Source: Kiritimatiellia bacterium (GTDB taxonomy: Bacteria; Verrucomicrobiota; Kiritimatiellia; RFP12; UBA1067). From it: DNA of 64,000 nucleotides. Position 1 is the first letter of the stretch. Every line of letters starts with the position of its first letter. The translations under genes were made by a program, and so were the position numbers. Of this stretch, positions 41,725-51,154 are shown in pieces. Below the pieces are notes generated by a model, which saw nothing but the letters and a program-made list of their open reading frames with translations, did no database searches and was not told the DNA's origin. The stretch covers positions 585 to 64,584 of the forward strand of contig JAGCAM010000085.1 of NCBI GenBank assembly GCA_017652705.1, in the 5' to 3' direction.

Positions 41725-44451
41725 ATGATGGAGAAGCAGTACAACGCGAAAGCGGCGGAGGCCAAGTGGTATCCGCTGTGGGAGAAAAACGGGTGTTTCC
41801 ACCGGGAACCCGGCGAAGGAACGCCGTATTCGGTGGTGATACCGCCTCCGAACGTCACAGGCATACTTCACATGGGTCACGCGCTCAACCAGACGATTCA
41901 GGACATTCTGGTGAGGTGGCGGCGCATGCAGGGCCGCAACACCCTCTGGCTGCCCGGCACCGACCACGCCGGCATCGCAACCCAGAATGTGGTTGAAAAG
42001 GCGCTGAAGAAGGATGGCAAGCGCCGGCAGGATCTGGGCCGCGAGGCGTTCGTCGAGCGCGTGTGGGAGTGGAAGCGCCGGTACGGCGGCACCATCGTGC
42101 ACCAGCAGCGCATGCTCGGCAATTCCACTGACTGGCGACGGGAGCGCTTCACTTTAGACGAGGGCTGTTCCAGAGCGGTCACCAAAGTATTCAAGCAGCT
42201 GTTCGACGAAGGCCTTGTCTACAAGGGCAACTACATCGTCAACTGGTGCCCCCGCTGCGGCACCGCGCTCGCCAACGACGAAGTGGAGCACGAGCCGAAC
42301 CACGGCCATTTCTGGTATGTTAAATATCCGGTGGTGGGCAGCTCCGCGGGGCAGTCCGGCGAACCTTACCGCGACTACGTGATGGTCGCGACGACGCGCC
42401 CCGAAACCCTGCCGGGCGACACTGCGGTGGCGGTTAACCCGAAAGACGACCGTTACGCGCATCTGGTCGGCAAGACGGTGATACTGCCGCTGACCGGCCG
42501 CGAGATACCGGTGGTCAGCGACGATTACGTCGACCGCGAATTCGGCACCGGCATCGTGAAAATCACCCCGGCGCACGACCCCAACGACTTCCTCGTCGGC
42601 AAGCGCCACGGCCTCGAGGAGATCAACATCATGACCGGCGACGCGCGGATGAACGCGCTCGCCGGGGCGAAGTACGAGGGCATGGACCGCTGGACGTGCC
42701 GCGATGCGATCGTCGCCGATCTCGAAGCCGGCGGCTATCTCGATCACGTTGAAGACATCGACAACCAGGTCGGCCACTGCTACCGCTGCCACGAGGTGGT
42801 CGAGAGCCGCCTCTCCAAACAGTGGTTCGTCCGGATGAAACCGCTGGCGGAACCCGCCGTCGCAGCCGTTAAATCCGGCGAGGTGCGCTTCGTGCCCGAC
42901 CGCTGGTCGAAGATATACTACAACTGGATGGAGAACATCCAGGACTGGTGCATATCGCGGCAGCTGTGGTGGGGCCACCGGATACCGGCGTGGTACCTCG
43001 CTTCTCAGGAAAGCGGAGCGGCGGCCGGCGAGGAACGCGTCTTCGTCGCCGAAACGGCGCAGGAAGCCCTCGGGCAGGCGAAGAAGGCGACCGGCAACGA
43101 CGGTCTCACGCTCGCCGACCTCGTGCAGGATCCCGACGTCCTCGACACTTGGTTCTCGAGTTGGCTGTGGCCGTTTTCCACGCTCGGCTGGCCGGAGAAG
43201 ACAGACGATCTGGCCTTCTACTACCCGACCACCGATCTCGTGACCGCCCAGGACATCATTTTCTTCTGGGTCGCGAGGATGATGATGGCGGGCATCCATT
43301 TCATGGGTAAGCCGCCGTTCGCGAACATCGTCATCCACGGCATCGTACGCGATGCGCAGGGGCGGAAAATGTCGAAGTCGCTCGGCAATTCGCTCGATCC
43401 GCTGGAAATAATTTCGATGTACTCCGCCGACGCGCTGCGCTTCTCGCTCGCGCTGATAACTTCGCTTGAATGCGACACGAAGGTGGACAAGTCGAAATTC
43501 GAGATCGGCCGCAATTTCGCGACGAAAATCTGGAACGCGGCGAAATTCATCGAAATGCAGACCGCCGCCGGCGTGACGCCCGCCGCGCTCGGCGATCTCT
43601 CCGCCGCGGCGCTCTCGACCGACGACCGCCACATGCTGCTCGCGTGCGACAAGGCGTGCCGCAGAATCGGCGAAATGCTCGAAAACTACAGGATACAGGA
43701 CGCCGCGCTCGCGGTTTACGATTTCTTCTGGACTCAGATCTGCGACTGGTATGTCGAGTACGTAAAAGATTCCCCCGACAAGTCCGTGTCGCTCGCCGTG
43801 CTGCGCGACGTTTTCGACAAGGCGCTGCGGCTGCTGCATCCGTTCATGCCGTTCGTCACCGAGGAGGTGGCGCACCAGCTGCGCCTGGTCGGCGAAAACG
43901 ACACCATCATGCTGCGGAGTTTCCCGACCGGGTACTCCCCCGAAGAAGCCGCGAAGTGGGGCCTCACCGAAGGTCTTTACGAGTTCGTCAACGCCAAGCG
44001 CGAAGCGGTCACGGCGCTGAGGGCGCTGCGCGCGGAATACAAAGTGCCGCCGTCGGCGCGGGTGGACGTGACGATCGCGGCGGCGCCGGCGGGAATTCCC
44101 GATTCCCCGTCCCCCGAGGGCGAGATACCCTCCATGAAGCGGGCGATGCGGGCTGAGTCGGTCAAACTCGTCGCGGCCGGCGCCGACTTGCCGATGCCGT
44201 CGAAAATAACCAGGTTCGGCACGGTGTATCTTTCGCTCGAAGGGCTCGTCGACAAGGCGGCGGAGGCGAAGCGCATCGCCGGCGAAATCGCCAGAATCGC
44301 GGGCTTCATCAAAGCGGCGGAGGCGAAACTGGCGAACCGGGCTTTCGTCGACCATGCGCCGCCGGCGGTGGTCGACGAAGCGCGGCGCAAACTGAACGAG
44401 AACCGCGAGAAGACGGTGCAGCTTGAAAAGCTCGCCAGACTTTTCGCGTGA
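41725..44451 (+). CDS. valS: valine--tRNA ligase
   Basis: PPPNVTGILHMGHA (HIGH) and KMSKSLGN (KMSKS), with a coiled-coil C-terminus. The track start 41644 lies inside the tRNA, so ATG 41725 (MMEKQYN) is used. Confidence 0.97.
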   Translation: MMEKQYNAKAAEAKWYPLWEKNGCFHREPGEGTPYSVVIPPPNVTGILHMGHALNQTIQDILVRWRRMQGRNTLWLPGTDHAGIATQNVVEKALKKDGKRRQDLGREAFVERVWEWKRRYGGTIVHQQRMLGNSTDWRRERFTLDEGCSRAVTKVFKQLFDEGLVYKGNYIVNWCPRCGTALANDEVEHEPNHGHFWYVKYPVVGSSAGQSGEPYRDYVMVATTRPETLPGDTAVAVNPKDDRYAHLVGKTVILPLTGREIPVVSDDYVDREFGTGIVKITPAHDPNDFLVGKRHGLEEINIMTGDARMNALAGAKYEGMDRWTCRDAIVADLEAGGYLDHVEDIDNQVGHCYRCHEVVESRLSKQWFVRMKPLAEPAVAAVKSGEVRFVPDRWSKIYYNWMENIQDWCISRQLWWGHRIPAWYLASQESGAAAGEERVFVAETAQEALGQAKKATGNDGLTLADLVQDPDVLDTWFSSWLWPFSTLGWPEKTDDLAFYYPTTDLVTAQDIIFFWVARMMMAGIHFMGKPPFANIVIHGIVRDAQGRKMSKSLGNSLDPLEIISMYSADALRFSLALITSLECDTKVDKSKFEIGRNFATKIWNAAKFIEMQTAAGVTPAALGDLSAAALSTDDRHMLLACDKACRRIGEMLENYRIQDAALAVYDFFWTQICDWYVEYVKDSPDKSVSLAVLRDVFDKALRLLHPFMPFVTEEVAHQLRLVGENDTIMLRSFPTGYSPEEAAKWGLTEGLYEFVNAKREAVTALRALRAEYKVPPSARVDVTIAAAPAGIPDSPSPEGEIPSMKRAMRAESVKLVAAGADLPMPSKITRFGTVYLSLEGLVDKAAEAKRIAGEIARIAGFIKAAEAKLANRAFVDHAPPAVVDEARRKLNENREKTVQLEKLARLFA

Positions 44452-44464
44452 GGGGGCGGCGGGC

Positions 44465-44980
44465 GTGCGCGTGCTTTTTCTGAGTGACATCCACGGAGTG
44501 CCGTCGGCGCTGGAGGCCGCGCTCGCAGCCGGCGATGCGCTCGGCTTCGACCGCATCGCGCTGCTCGGCGATCTGCTTTATCACGGTCCGCGCAACGGCG
44601 TGCCGGATTTCTACGACCCCGTCAAAGTCGCGCGGATGCTCAACGCCCGCAAAGATTCAATCGTGGCCGTGCGCGGCAACTGCGACGCCGAGGTCGACCA
44701 GATGATGTTCGAGTTTCCCATGATGGGCGATTACACGCTGCTGGACGCCGGCGCCGAGACGTTCTTTCTGACCCACGGGCATCTTTGGAACGAACACCGT
44801 CTGCCGCCGGCCGGCGTCGGCACGGTGCTGGCGCACGGCCACACCCACGTCCCCGGGCTGAAGAAACTCGAATGCGGGTTGACAGTCTTCAACCCCGGCT
44901 CGGTGTCGCTGCCGAAAGGCGGCAGCGGCCGTTCTTTCGGGTATTTCGACGGAGACTCGCTGAGGATCTGCGAAATATGA
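44465..44980 (+). CDS. YfcE/MJ0936-family metallophosphoesterase
   Basis: VLFLSDIHG, GDLLYHGPRN, RGNCD and GHTH motifs. GTG start follows GAGGGGG. Confidence 0.8.
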   Translation: MRVLFLSDIHGVPSALEAALAAGDALGFDRIALLGDLLYHGPRNGVPDFYDPVKVARMLNARKDSIVAVRGNCDAEVDQMMFEFPMMGDYTLLDAGAETFFLTHGHLWNEHRLPPAGVGTVLAHGHTHVPGLKKLECGLTVFNPGSVSLPKGGSGRSFGYFDGDSLRICEI

Positions 44981-45696
44981 CGGCAAGGGGCGTATACCGG
45001 TTCAAGGTTAGATCGTACGAATGCGGCGCGGACGGTCTCGCCACGCTGCCGACCGTCTGCAACTATCTGCAGGAGGCCGCGAGCCTGCACGCCGAGCATC
45101 TCGGGTTCTCCAAGTCCGATTTCGACGCGGCGGGGGGCAACGTCTCCTGGGTGCTGACGCGGCTGGCGGTGAAGATCAAACGTTATCCGGCATGGGAGGA
45201 GGAGGTGTCGGTCGAGACGTTTCCGCGCGGCGGCGTGAAACTGGTTGCGTGGCGCGACTTCGAGGTCAAAGACTCCTCCGGCGCGGTTGTCGCCGCGGCG
45301 TCGAGCGAGTGGATGATCATCAATCTCGCCACGCGTAAAATCGCGCAGGTGCCCGATGCGGTGGCGGCGTGCTGTGACCCGGCCAACGAACCCGTGCTGG
45401 GTGATGCGCCGTTCAGCCGCCTCAAATTCCGCGGCGAAGCGCTCGGTTCGTCGCGTTTTACCGCGCTCAAAGGGCACATCGATCTCAACGGCCACGTGAA
45501 CAACGTCCATTACATAGAATGGATGCTTGAACCGTGCGAGGACACGCGGCCCGCCGAGATGGAGGTGGTGTTCAGGTCGGAAACTTTCGCCGGCGAGGAG
45601 GTGCTCGTCGAAACCGCGCGCGACGACGGCTTCATCTACCACCGTGTGTTTTCCGCGGACGGCAAGGACCACATAGTCGCGAGGACGAAAAGATGA
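44977..45696 (+). CDS. acyl-ACP thioesterase
   Basis: Double hotdog pattern: YRFKVRSYECGADG...NYLQEAA...SWVLTRL...DLNGHVNNVHYIEW. ATGA overlap with the upstream stop. Confidence 0.85.
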   Translation: MTARGVYRFKVRSYECGADGLATLPTVCNYLQEAASLHAEHLGFSKSDFDAAGGNVSWVLTRLAVKIKRYPAWEEEVSVETFPRGGVKLVAWRDFEVKDSSGAVVAAASSEWMIINLATRKIAQVPDAVAACCDPANEPVLGDAPFSRLKFRGEALGSSRFTALKGHIDLNGHVNNVHYIEWMLEPCEDTRPAEMEVVFRSETFAGEEVLVETARDDGFIYHRVFSADGKDHIVARTKR

Positions 45697-46580
45697 AAAG
45701 AATACTGCTGTTTCTGATAACGAACATCGCGGTGATGTTCATGCTCTCGATGGTCGTCAACCTGGTGTTCATGCTGACCGGCACCACGCTGGAACAGGTG
45801 TTCGGCCCGCAGTGGTCGCATCTGGTGGTGTGGGCCGCCGTTTACGGCATGGGCGGCGCGATCGTTTCGCTGCTGCTTTCGAAGCCGCTCGCCAAGATGT
45901 CGTGCGGAGCGAAGACAGTCGACGGCAGCGAAGGCGAGGCGGAACGCTGGCTGGTCGACACCGTGGCGGATCTCGCCGGCCGCGCTGGGGTGAAGACGCC
46001 GGAGGTGGCGATCTACCGTGGCGCGGCCAACGCTTTTGCGACGGGTGCCTTCAAGAATTCCGCTCTCGTCGCGGTCTCCACCGACATCATGGGGCAGATG
46101 TCGAAGGAGGAGCTGCGCGCCGTGCTGGGGCATGAAATAAGCCACGTGGCGAACGGCGACATGGTCACGCTGACGCTTATCCAGGGTGTGCTGAACGCTT
46201 TCGTGATCGTGGTTTCTCGCGTGCTGGCGTCCGTGTTGTCCGGCTCCGGCAAGGGCGGCGGCCGGCGCGGCGGCGCGGCCTACTACCCGCTCGTCATGGT
46301 TCTGCAGCTCGTGCTGGGCCTGCTCGCGTCGCTCGTCGTGCTTTGGTTCTCGCGCCGGCGGGAATACGCCGCCGACGCCGGCTCGGCGAAGCTGCTGGGC
46401 ACTCCCTCGTCGATGATCGCCGCGCTGCGCCGCCTCGGCAACCTCCGGCCCGGCGTCCTGCCCGATTCCATCAAGGCGATGGGCATCGCCGGCGGTAGCA
46501 GGACTTCAGTGTGGGCGACCCACCCGTCGCTCGAAGACCGCATCGCGGCGCTCTCCGCCCTCAACAACAACTGGCGGTGA
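45693..46580 (+). CDS. htpX: M48 protease HtpX
   Basis: [11 protein letters not shown] zinc motif and 4 TM helices. ATGA overlap with the upstream stop. Confidence 0.93.
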   Translation: MKRILLFLITNIAVMFMLSMVVNLVFMLTGTTLEQVFGPQWSHLVVWAAVYGMGGAIVSLLLSKPLAKMSCGAKTVDGSEGEAERWLVDTVADLAGRAGVKTPEVAIYRGAANAFATGAFKNSALVAVSTDIMGQMSKEELRAVLGHEISHVANGDMVTLTLIQGVLNAFVIVVSRVLASVLSGSGKGGGRRGGAAYYPLVMVLQLVLGLLASLVVLWFSRRREYAADAGSAKLLGTPSSMIAALRRLGNLRPGVLPDSIKAMGIAGGSRTSVWATHPSLEDRIAALSALNNNWR

Positions 46581-46581
46581 C

Positions 46582-47025
46582 GTGAAAGCGTGGGTGCAGC
46601 GAGTCGACGAGGCGTCGGTCACGGTCGGCGGCGAGACGGTCGCCGCGATCGGCCGTGGACTCCTCGTTCTCCTCGGCGTGACTCACGGCGACACCGGAAA
46701 ATCCGCCGACGAGATCGCCTGCCGCATCGTCAACCTGCGCATCTTCGACGACGAGAACGGCAAAACCAATCTCTCGATCGAAGACGTCGGCGGCTCCGTG
46801 ATCGTCGTTTCGCAGTTCACGCTCTACGCCGACACCTCCCACGGCCGCCGCCCGGGTTTCTCCGCCGCGGCGCGGCCGGAACTCGCCGAACCTCTCTACC
46901 GGCGCACCGTAGCCGCACTCCGTTCGGCGCTCGGCGCGGACCGCGTAGGCACCGGGCGCTTCGGGGCTGACATGAAAGTGCGGCTCGTGAACGACGGGCC
47001 GTTTTCGCTGGAGCTAACCGCGTGA
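46582..47025 (+). CDS. dtd: D-aminoacyl-tRNA deacylase
   Basis: QRV...GLLVLLGV...[10 protein letters not shown]...GRRP...NDGP motifs. GTG start. Confidence 0.93.
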   Translation: MKAWVQRVDEASVTVGGETVAAIGRGLLVLLGVTHGDTGKSADEIACRIVNLRIFDDENGKTNLSIEDVGGSVIVVSQFTLYADTSHGRRPGFSAAARPELAEPLYRRTVAALRSALGADRVGTGRFGADMKVRLVNDGPFSLELTA

Positions 47026-47387
47026 AACTCGAACTGCACGGTCTCGAAGCCTGCTGCATCATCGGCGACACCCCCGAAGAGCGCGGGGTGGAACAGCGGC
47101 TGCTGGTCGACATGACGCTTGACATCGACGACTGCGCCGCGGTCTCCGACGATCTTTCCGACACGGTCGACTACGCCGCGCTCGCGCACGCCGCAAGAAC
47201 CGCGCTCGCCGCGGCGAAATGCAGATTGATCGAACGCGCTGCGAAGACCGTCTTCGACGCGTGCGCCGCCGACCCGCGCGTGAAGGCGGCGGAAGTCAGA
47301 GTCACGAAGTCCGGGCGCGTGCCGGGGTTGTCGTCAGCCGCCGCGGTGTACGCGGGGCGGACGCGCGGCGGGAGGGAAGGAGCGTAG
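47022..47387 (+). CDS. folB: dihydroneopterin aldolase-family protein
   Basis: [27 protein letters not shown]...[12 protein letters not shown]...IERAA fits the FolB pattern. GTGA overlap with the dtd stop. Confidence 0.7.
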   Translation: MKLELHGLEACCIIGDTPEERGVEQRLLVDMTLDIDDCAAVSDDLSDTVDYAALAHAARTALAAAKCRLIERAAKTVFDACAADPRVKAAEVRVTKSGRVPGLSSAAAVYAGRTRGGREGA

Positions 47388-47390
47388 CGG

Positions 47391-48179
47391 ATGGGCTGGA
47401 AGGGCATCGCCATCGGCGGATACATCGGGAGCATTTTCGGCGGCCCCCTCGGTTCGATTCTCGGCGCCGCCCTCGGCCACAAGGTCGAAAGCATGGCGTT
47501 CGGCGGCGACAATCGCAGACCCGGTTACGCCGAAATGCCCCCTGGCGGCAGGTCGATGATTTTCTGCGCGTCCGTCGCCGCTATGATGGCGAAACTCGCC
47601 AAGGCGGACGGCGCGGTCACGCGGGACGAAATCGACGGCGTAGAGGAGGCCTTCAGGCGACTCGGCTTCACCCCGTCGGCGCGGCGTTACGCCGTCAATG
47701 TCTTCCGTAAAGCGAAGGACGACTCGCACTCCATCTACGAATACGCCCGTGAATTCGCCGGCGCTGTCTCTTCCGTCGAAGTGCGAGAACTGTTCTACGA
47801 AATACTGTGGGATATAGCCTGCGTCGACGGCGCCGTAAGCGAGGAGGAGCTGGTGATACTGCAGCGTATTCCGCGGTCGCTCGGCATCCGCCCCGGACTC
47901 TTCGACTATTTCTTCGTGCGTCGAATCGGTTCGCGGCGCGCCGGCGCGCCTCCGCCACCGCCGAGGGATCCGCTCGCCGACGCTTATGCCATGCTCGGCG
48001 CGAAACCATCGGACGGCGCCGATACGCTCAGGCGCAAATACCGCGAACTCGCCAAACGCAACCACCCCGACGCGCTGCGCGCGCAGGGCCTGCCGGACGA
48101 GATGGTGGGCAAGGCCACCGAGAGAATGAGCCGGATCAATTCCGCCTGGGCGGCGATAAAGGAGGCGCGAAACATCTGA
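47391..48179 (+). CDS. djlA: DjlA-type co-chaperone (TM + TerB-like + C-terminal J domain)
   Basis: The Gly-rich N-terminal helix is followed by MAKLAKADGAVTRDEI (TerB-like). The J domain reads AYAMLGAKPSDGADTLRRKYRELAKRNHPD. Confidence 0.8.
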   Translation: MGWKGIAIGGYIGSIFGGPLGSILGAALGHKVESMAFGGDNRRPGYAEMPPGGRSMIFCASVAAMMAKLAKADGAVTRDEIDGVEEAFRRLGFTPSARRYAVNVFRKAKDDSHSIYEYAREFAGAVSSVEVRELFYEILWDIACVDGAVSEEELVILQRIPRSLGIRPGLFDYFFVRRIGSRRAGAPPPPPRDPLADAYAMLGAKPSDGADTLRRKYRELAKRNHPDALRAQGLPDEMVGKATERMSRINSAWAAIKEARNI

Positions 48180-48180
48180 C

Positions 48181-48903
48181 ATGGAAAAACTGATTGAAGC
48201 GCTGAAAAAAGCGAAATGCGCAGGGTGCCTCACCGGCGCGGGCGTCTCCACCCTGTGCGGCATACCGGATTTCCGCGGACCGCAGGGGTTGTACAAGCAG
48301 CCCGACGCCGAGCGGATATTCGACATCGACTGGTTCGACCGCGACCCTTCGATTTACTACCGCGGCTGCGCCGAACTCGTGTACGGTCTCGACCGGTTCA
48401 AACCCGGGCCGGTCCACTTCGCGCTCAAACGGCTCGAAGACGCCGGCCGTCTCGCAGGCGTCGCGACTCAGAACATCGACATGCTGCACCAGAAGGCCGG
48501 CTCCTCCAACGTCTACGAAGTGCACGGTTCGCCACTGCACCACCGCTGCCGCCGCTGCGGAGACGTGAAAACCTTCGCCGAGATTCTCGAACTGCGCGGG
48601 AAAAACGAAATTCCGAGATGCTCCTGCGGCGGAGTTTACAAGCCCGACATCACCTTTTTCGGCGAGGCGCTGCCCGAAGCGGCGTTCGCGGCCGCCCAGA
48701 CGCTGGCGGCCAAGAGCGACGTCTTTCTGGTGCTCGGGACTTCGCTAACCGTCTACCCGGCGGCGGGGTTGCCGCGGTTGACGCTTCAGACCGGCGGCAG
48801 GGTGTTCATCGTGAACGCCCAGCCGACGCCGCTCGACGAATACGCCGCCGGCGTCTACCGCGATCTCGCCGAATTCGCCGCCGCCGTTCAAAACGCCTTT
48901 TGA
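48181..48903 (+). CDS. cobB: NAD-dependent protein deacylase (Sir2 family)
   Basis: GAGVSTLCGIPDFRGPQGLY, TQNIDMLH and a CxxC...CxC zinc ribbon. Confidence 0.9.
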   Translation: MEKLIEALKKAKCAGCLTGAGVSTLCGIPDFRGPQGLYKQPDAERIFDIDWFDRDPSIYYRGCAELVYGLDRFKPGPVHFALKRLEDAGRLAGVATQNIDMLHQKAGSSNVYEVHGSPLHHRCRRCGDVKTFAEILELRGKNEIPRCSCGGVYKPDITFFGEALPEAAFAAAQTLAAKSDVFLVLGTSLTVYPAAGLPRLTLQTGGRVFIVNAQPTPLDEYAAGVYRDLAEFAAAVQNAF

Positions 48904-48937
48904 CCGGTACACCGGCACAACCCGCCCCGCAAGCCAT

Positions 48938-48985
48938 TTCCGCCGCGTGGTCTTGACCGGGCGGCGGAAGTTTTGATATCATTTT
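48938..48985 (+). terminator. possible intrinsic terminator after cobB, overlapping the next promoter
   Basis: TTCCGCCGC-14 nt-GCGGCGGAA followed by GTTTTGATATCATTTTT. The loop is long, so it is only moderately convincing. Confidence 0.35.
48953..48982 (+). promoter_or_regulatory. promoter TTGACC-N18-(TGA)TATCAT
   Basis: Read directly, about 40 nt upstream of ATG 49024. Confidence 0.45.
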
Positions 48986-49023
48986 TCCGATGGCATCTAA
49001 ACGCGAAGCGGGGAAAGTAAACG

Positions 49024-49538
49024 ATGTTCACTAACTGGAAAAAAACCGCGGCGGCGGCCTTTGCCGCGGCCGCCGTGTCTACGGCGCAGCGCGCCGACGC
49101 GCTCATGGAAGTGTCGTTCATGACGGCGACGACGGTCGGGAAGGGCCCGAAAATCGACGGCTCGATCGATGACGCCTGCTGGGGGAAGGCCCAGGCCAAC
49201 GACACCTGCTTCGAATACTGGACTCAGACGCCGAGCAGAGTTCCGCTCAAGACGGAGTGCCACATCGTCTACGACGACCGCGGCATCTACACCGGCGTTC
49301 GCAACTACGAAAGCCAGGTCGGCAAACTCCGCCACGACATAACCAGAAACGACATCCCCTCGCCTGGACGGACGACAGCGCCGAACTCTACTACGACCCC
49401 AAGGCGAACGTGGTCGGTTACTGCAAATTCGTCGTCAGTTGCAACGGCTGCCGCACCACCGCCTGGCGCATGGACAGCGCGAACACGAACGGCATAAGGC
49501 TCCGCAAGTTCGGCGGCATACTCCTGTTCGTCAAGTGA
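49024..49538 (+). pseudogene. frameshifted/truncated carbohydrate-binding (CBM9/DOMON-like) secreted protein
   Basis: Frame 1 gives a signal peptide plus IDGSIDDACWGKA...YDDRGIYTGV. After the C4 run at 49356-49359 the family-like sequence continues in another frame (LAWTDDSAELYYDPKANVVGYCKFVVSCNG). One extra C would join them. Confidence 0.45.
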
Positions 49539-49600
49539 ACGGTGCGGCGGCCGGATGCCAGTAAATGTGAAGTCCGAAGGAAAAAAGGAGAGAAAAAGCC

Positions 49601-51154
49601 ATGCAGACAACTACAGTTCCGCGTGAAATCCGCTGCCGTTTTGGCGAGTGGAAAGCCGCATCGTTGAAGCCGGGGCGGAAATTGCCGCTCCGCAAGGGGA
49701 AGTTGTTCTGCGTCGCGGCCGTCCTTTCGCTGACGGTTGCCGGCGCCGGCGTTGACACCCGTCGCGAGACGACTGTTGACGCCATGATGAGCGAACGACA
49801 GAAAGCCTTGCTCGGCATGGTCGAGAAGCATGCGAATAACGTCCTTGACGCCGAGCGGTGGCTGTGGGCGCATCCGCAGACTGGCTTCACCGAGTGGCAG
49901 GCTCACGAATATCTCACGAACCGTTTCGCGGCGCTGGGCTACAGCCTGACTTGCGCCGGTAATATCCCGGGCTTCTACGCCGACCTGGACACCGGTCGTC
50001 CGGGGCCGAAGGTATGCTTCATCGGCGAACTGGACGCACTTGACATTCCGGGTCACCCGGAGGCGGTGAACGGCATCGCCCATCTCTGCGGACACCATGC
50101 GCAGTGCGCGGCGCTTATCGGTGTCGCGGCGGCGTTGAAGGAACCCGGTGCGCTCGACGGGATGAGCGGTTCGATCCGCCTGATGCTCGTGCCCTCGGAG
50201 GAGTTGGTGCAGGTGTCTTTCCGCGATAAATTGCGGGAGGAGGGGACGATCCGCTACTTCGGCGGCAAACCCGAGTTCATGCACAGGGGGTTTTTCGACG
50301 GAGTGGGGCTTGTGATGAACGTGCATCAAGGCGGGCCGGCACGCGCCGACGGCGTGGTCTTCGACGCCATCATCAGCTGCAACGGCTGCCTCACGAAGAG
50401 ATGCGTGTTCAAGGGGAGAACCGCGCATGCCGCGGCCTGTCCGCACGACGGCGTCAATGCGCAGTATGCCGCCACGCTGGCGTTGCAGGCCTGCAACGCT
50501 CTGCGGGAGACATTCCGCGACCGGGAGAACGTGCGCTGGCATCCGGTTCTGCGCGGCGCCGACTGCGCCGTGAACAACATCCCCGACAGACTGGTTCTGG
50601 AGAGCTACGTCCGCGGCAATTCGATGGAGGCGATCAAACGCGAGAACAGAAAGATCAACCGCGCCATCGCCGGGGCGGCCCTCGCGATGGGGGCGCGAGT
50701 CGAAATTCACGACCGGCCCGGCTACGCCCCCGGACATTTCGACAGGAACCTCATGCGCGTGGCCGAGCAGGCCTGCGCCGAGATGGTCGGGCCCAGGAAG
50801 GTTTCGTTCAACTATACAGGCCACGGCTCGGGCTCGACCGACATGAGCGACCTTGCCTGCGTCATGCCCTGCGCATGGTTCAACGTCAACGGCGGCTTCA
50901 CCGGCTGCGGACACCGCGTGGACTACAGGGTGGTCGATCCGTACCGCCTGTGCGTCGATTCCGCCAAGGCGCAGCTTCTGGTCATTGACGCGCTTCTGAA
51001 GAATTCCGCCGCGGCGGCCAAGGGGGTCATCGCCAAGTTCAAACCCCTCTACCCGTCGATCAAGGCGTATCTCAAGGCCGCGGACGAGTTCTTCCTCGAC
51101 TGCGAGGCCGTCCAGTACGACAAGGACGGAAACGCCACCGTGACCCTGCAATGA
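49601..51154 (+). CDS. M20-family amidohydrolase/peptidase
   Basis: HPQTGFTEWQAHEYL, FIGELDALD and HLCGHHA. AAGGAGA lies 8 nt before ATG 49601. The conserved domain starts near ATG 49784, which is an alternative start. Confidence 0.8.
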   Translation: MQTTTVPREIRCRFGEWKAASLKPGRKLPLRKGKLFCVAAVLSLTVAGAGVDTRRETTVDAMMSERQKALLGMVEKHANNVLDAERWLWAHPQTGFTEWQAHEYLTNRFAALGYSLTCAGNIPGFYADLDTGRPGPKVCFIGELDALDIPGHPEAVNGIAHLCGHHAQCAALIGVAAALKEPGALDGMSGSIRLMLVPSEELVQVSFRDKLREEGTIRYFGGKPEFMHRGFFDGVGLVMNVHQGGPARADGVVFDAIISCNGCLTKRCVFKGRTAHAAACPHDGVNAQYAATLALQACNALRETFRDRENVRWHPVLRGADCAVNNIPDRLVLESYVRGNSMEAIKRENRKINRAIAGAALAMGARVEIHDRPGYAPGHFDRNLMRVAEQACAEMVGPRKVSFNYTGHGSGSTDMSDLACVMPCAWFNVNGGFTGCGHRVDYRVVDPYRLCVDSAKAQLLVIDALLKNSAAAAKGVIAKFKPLYPSIKAYLKAADEFFLDCEAVQYDKDGNATVTLQ

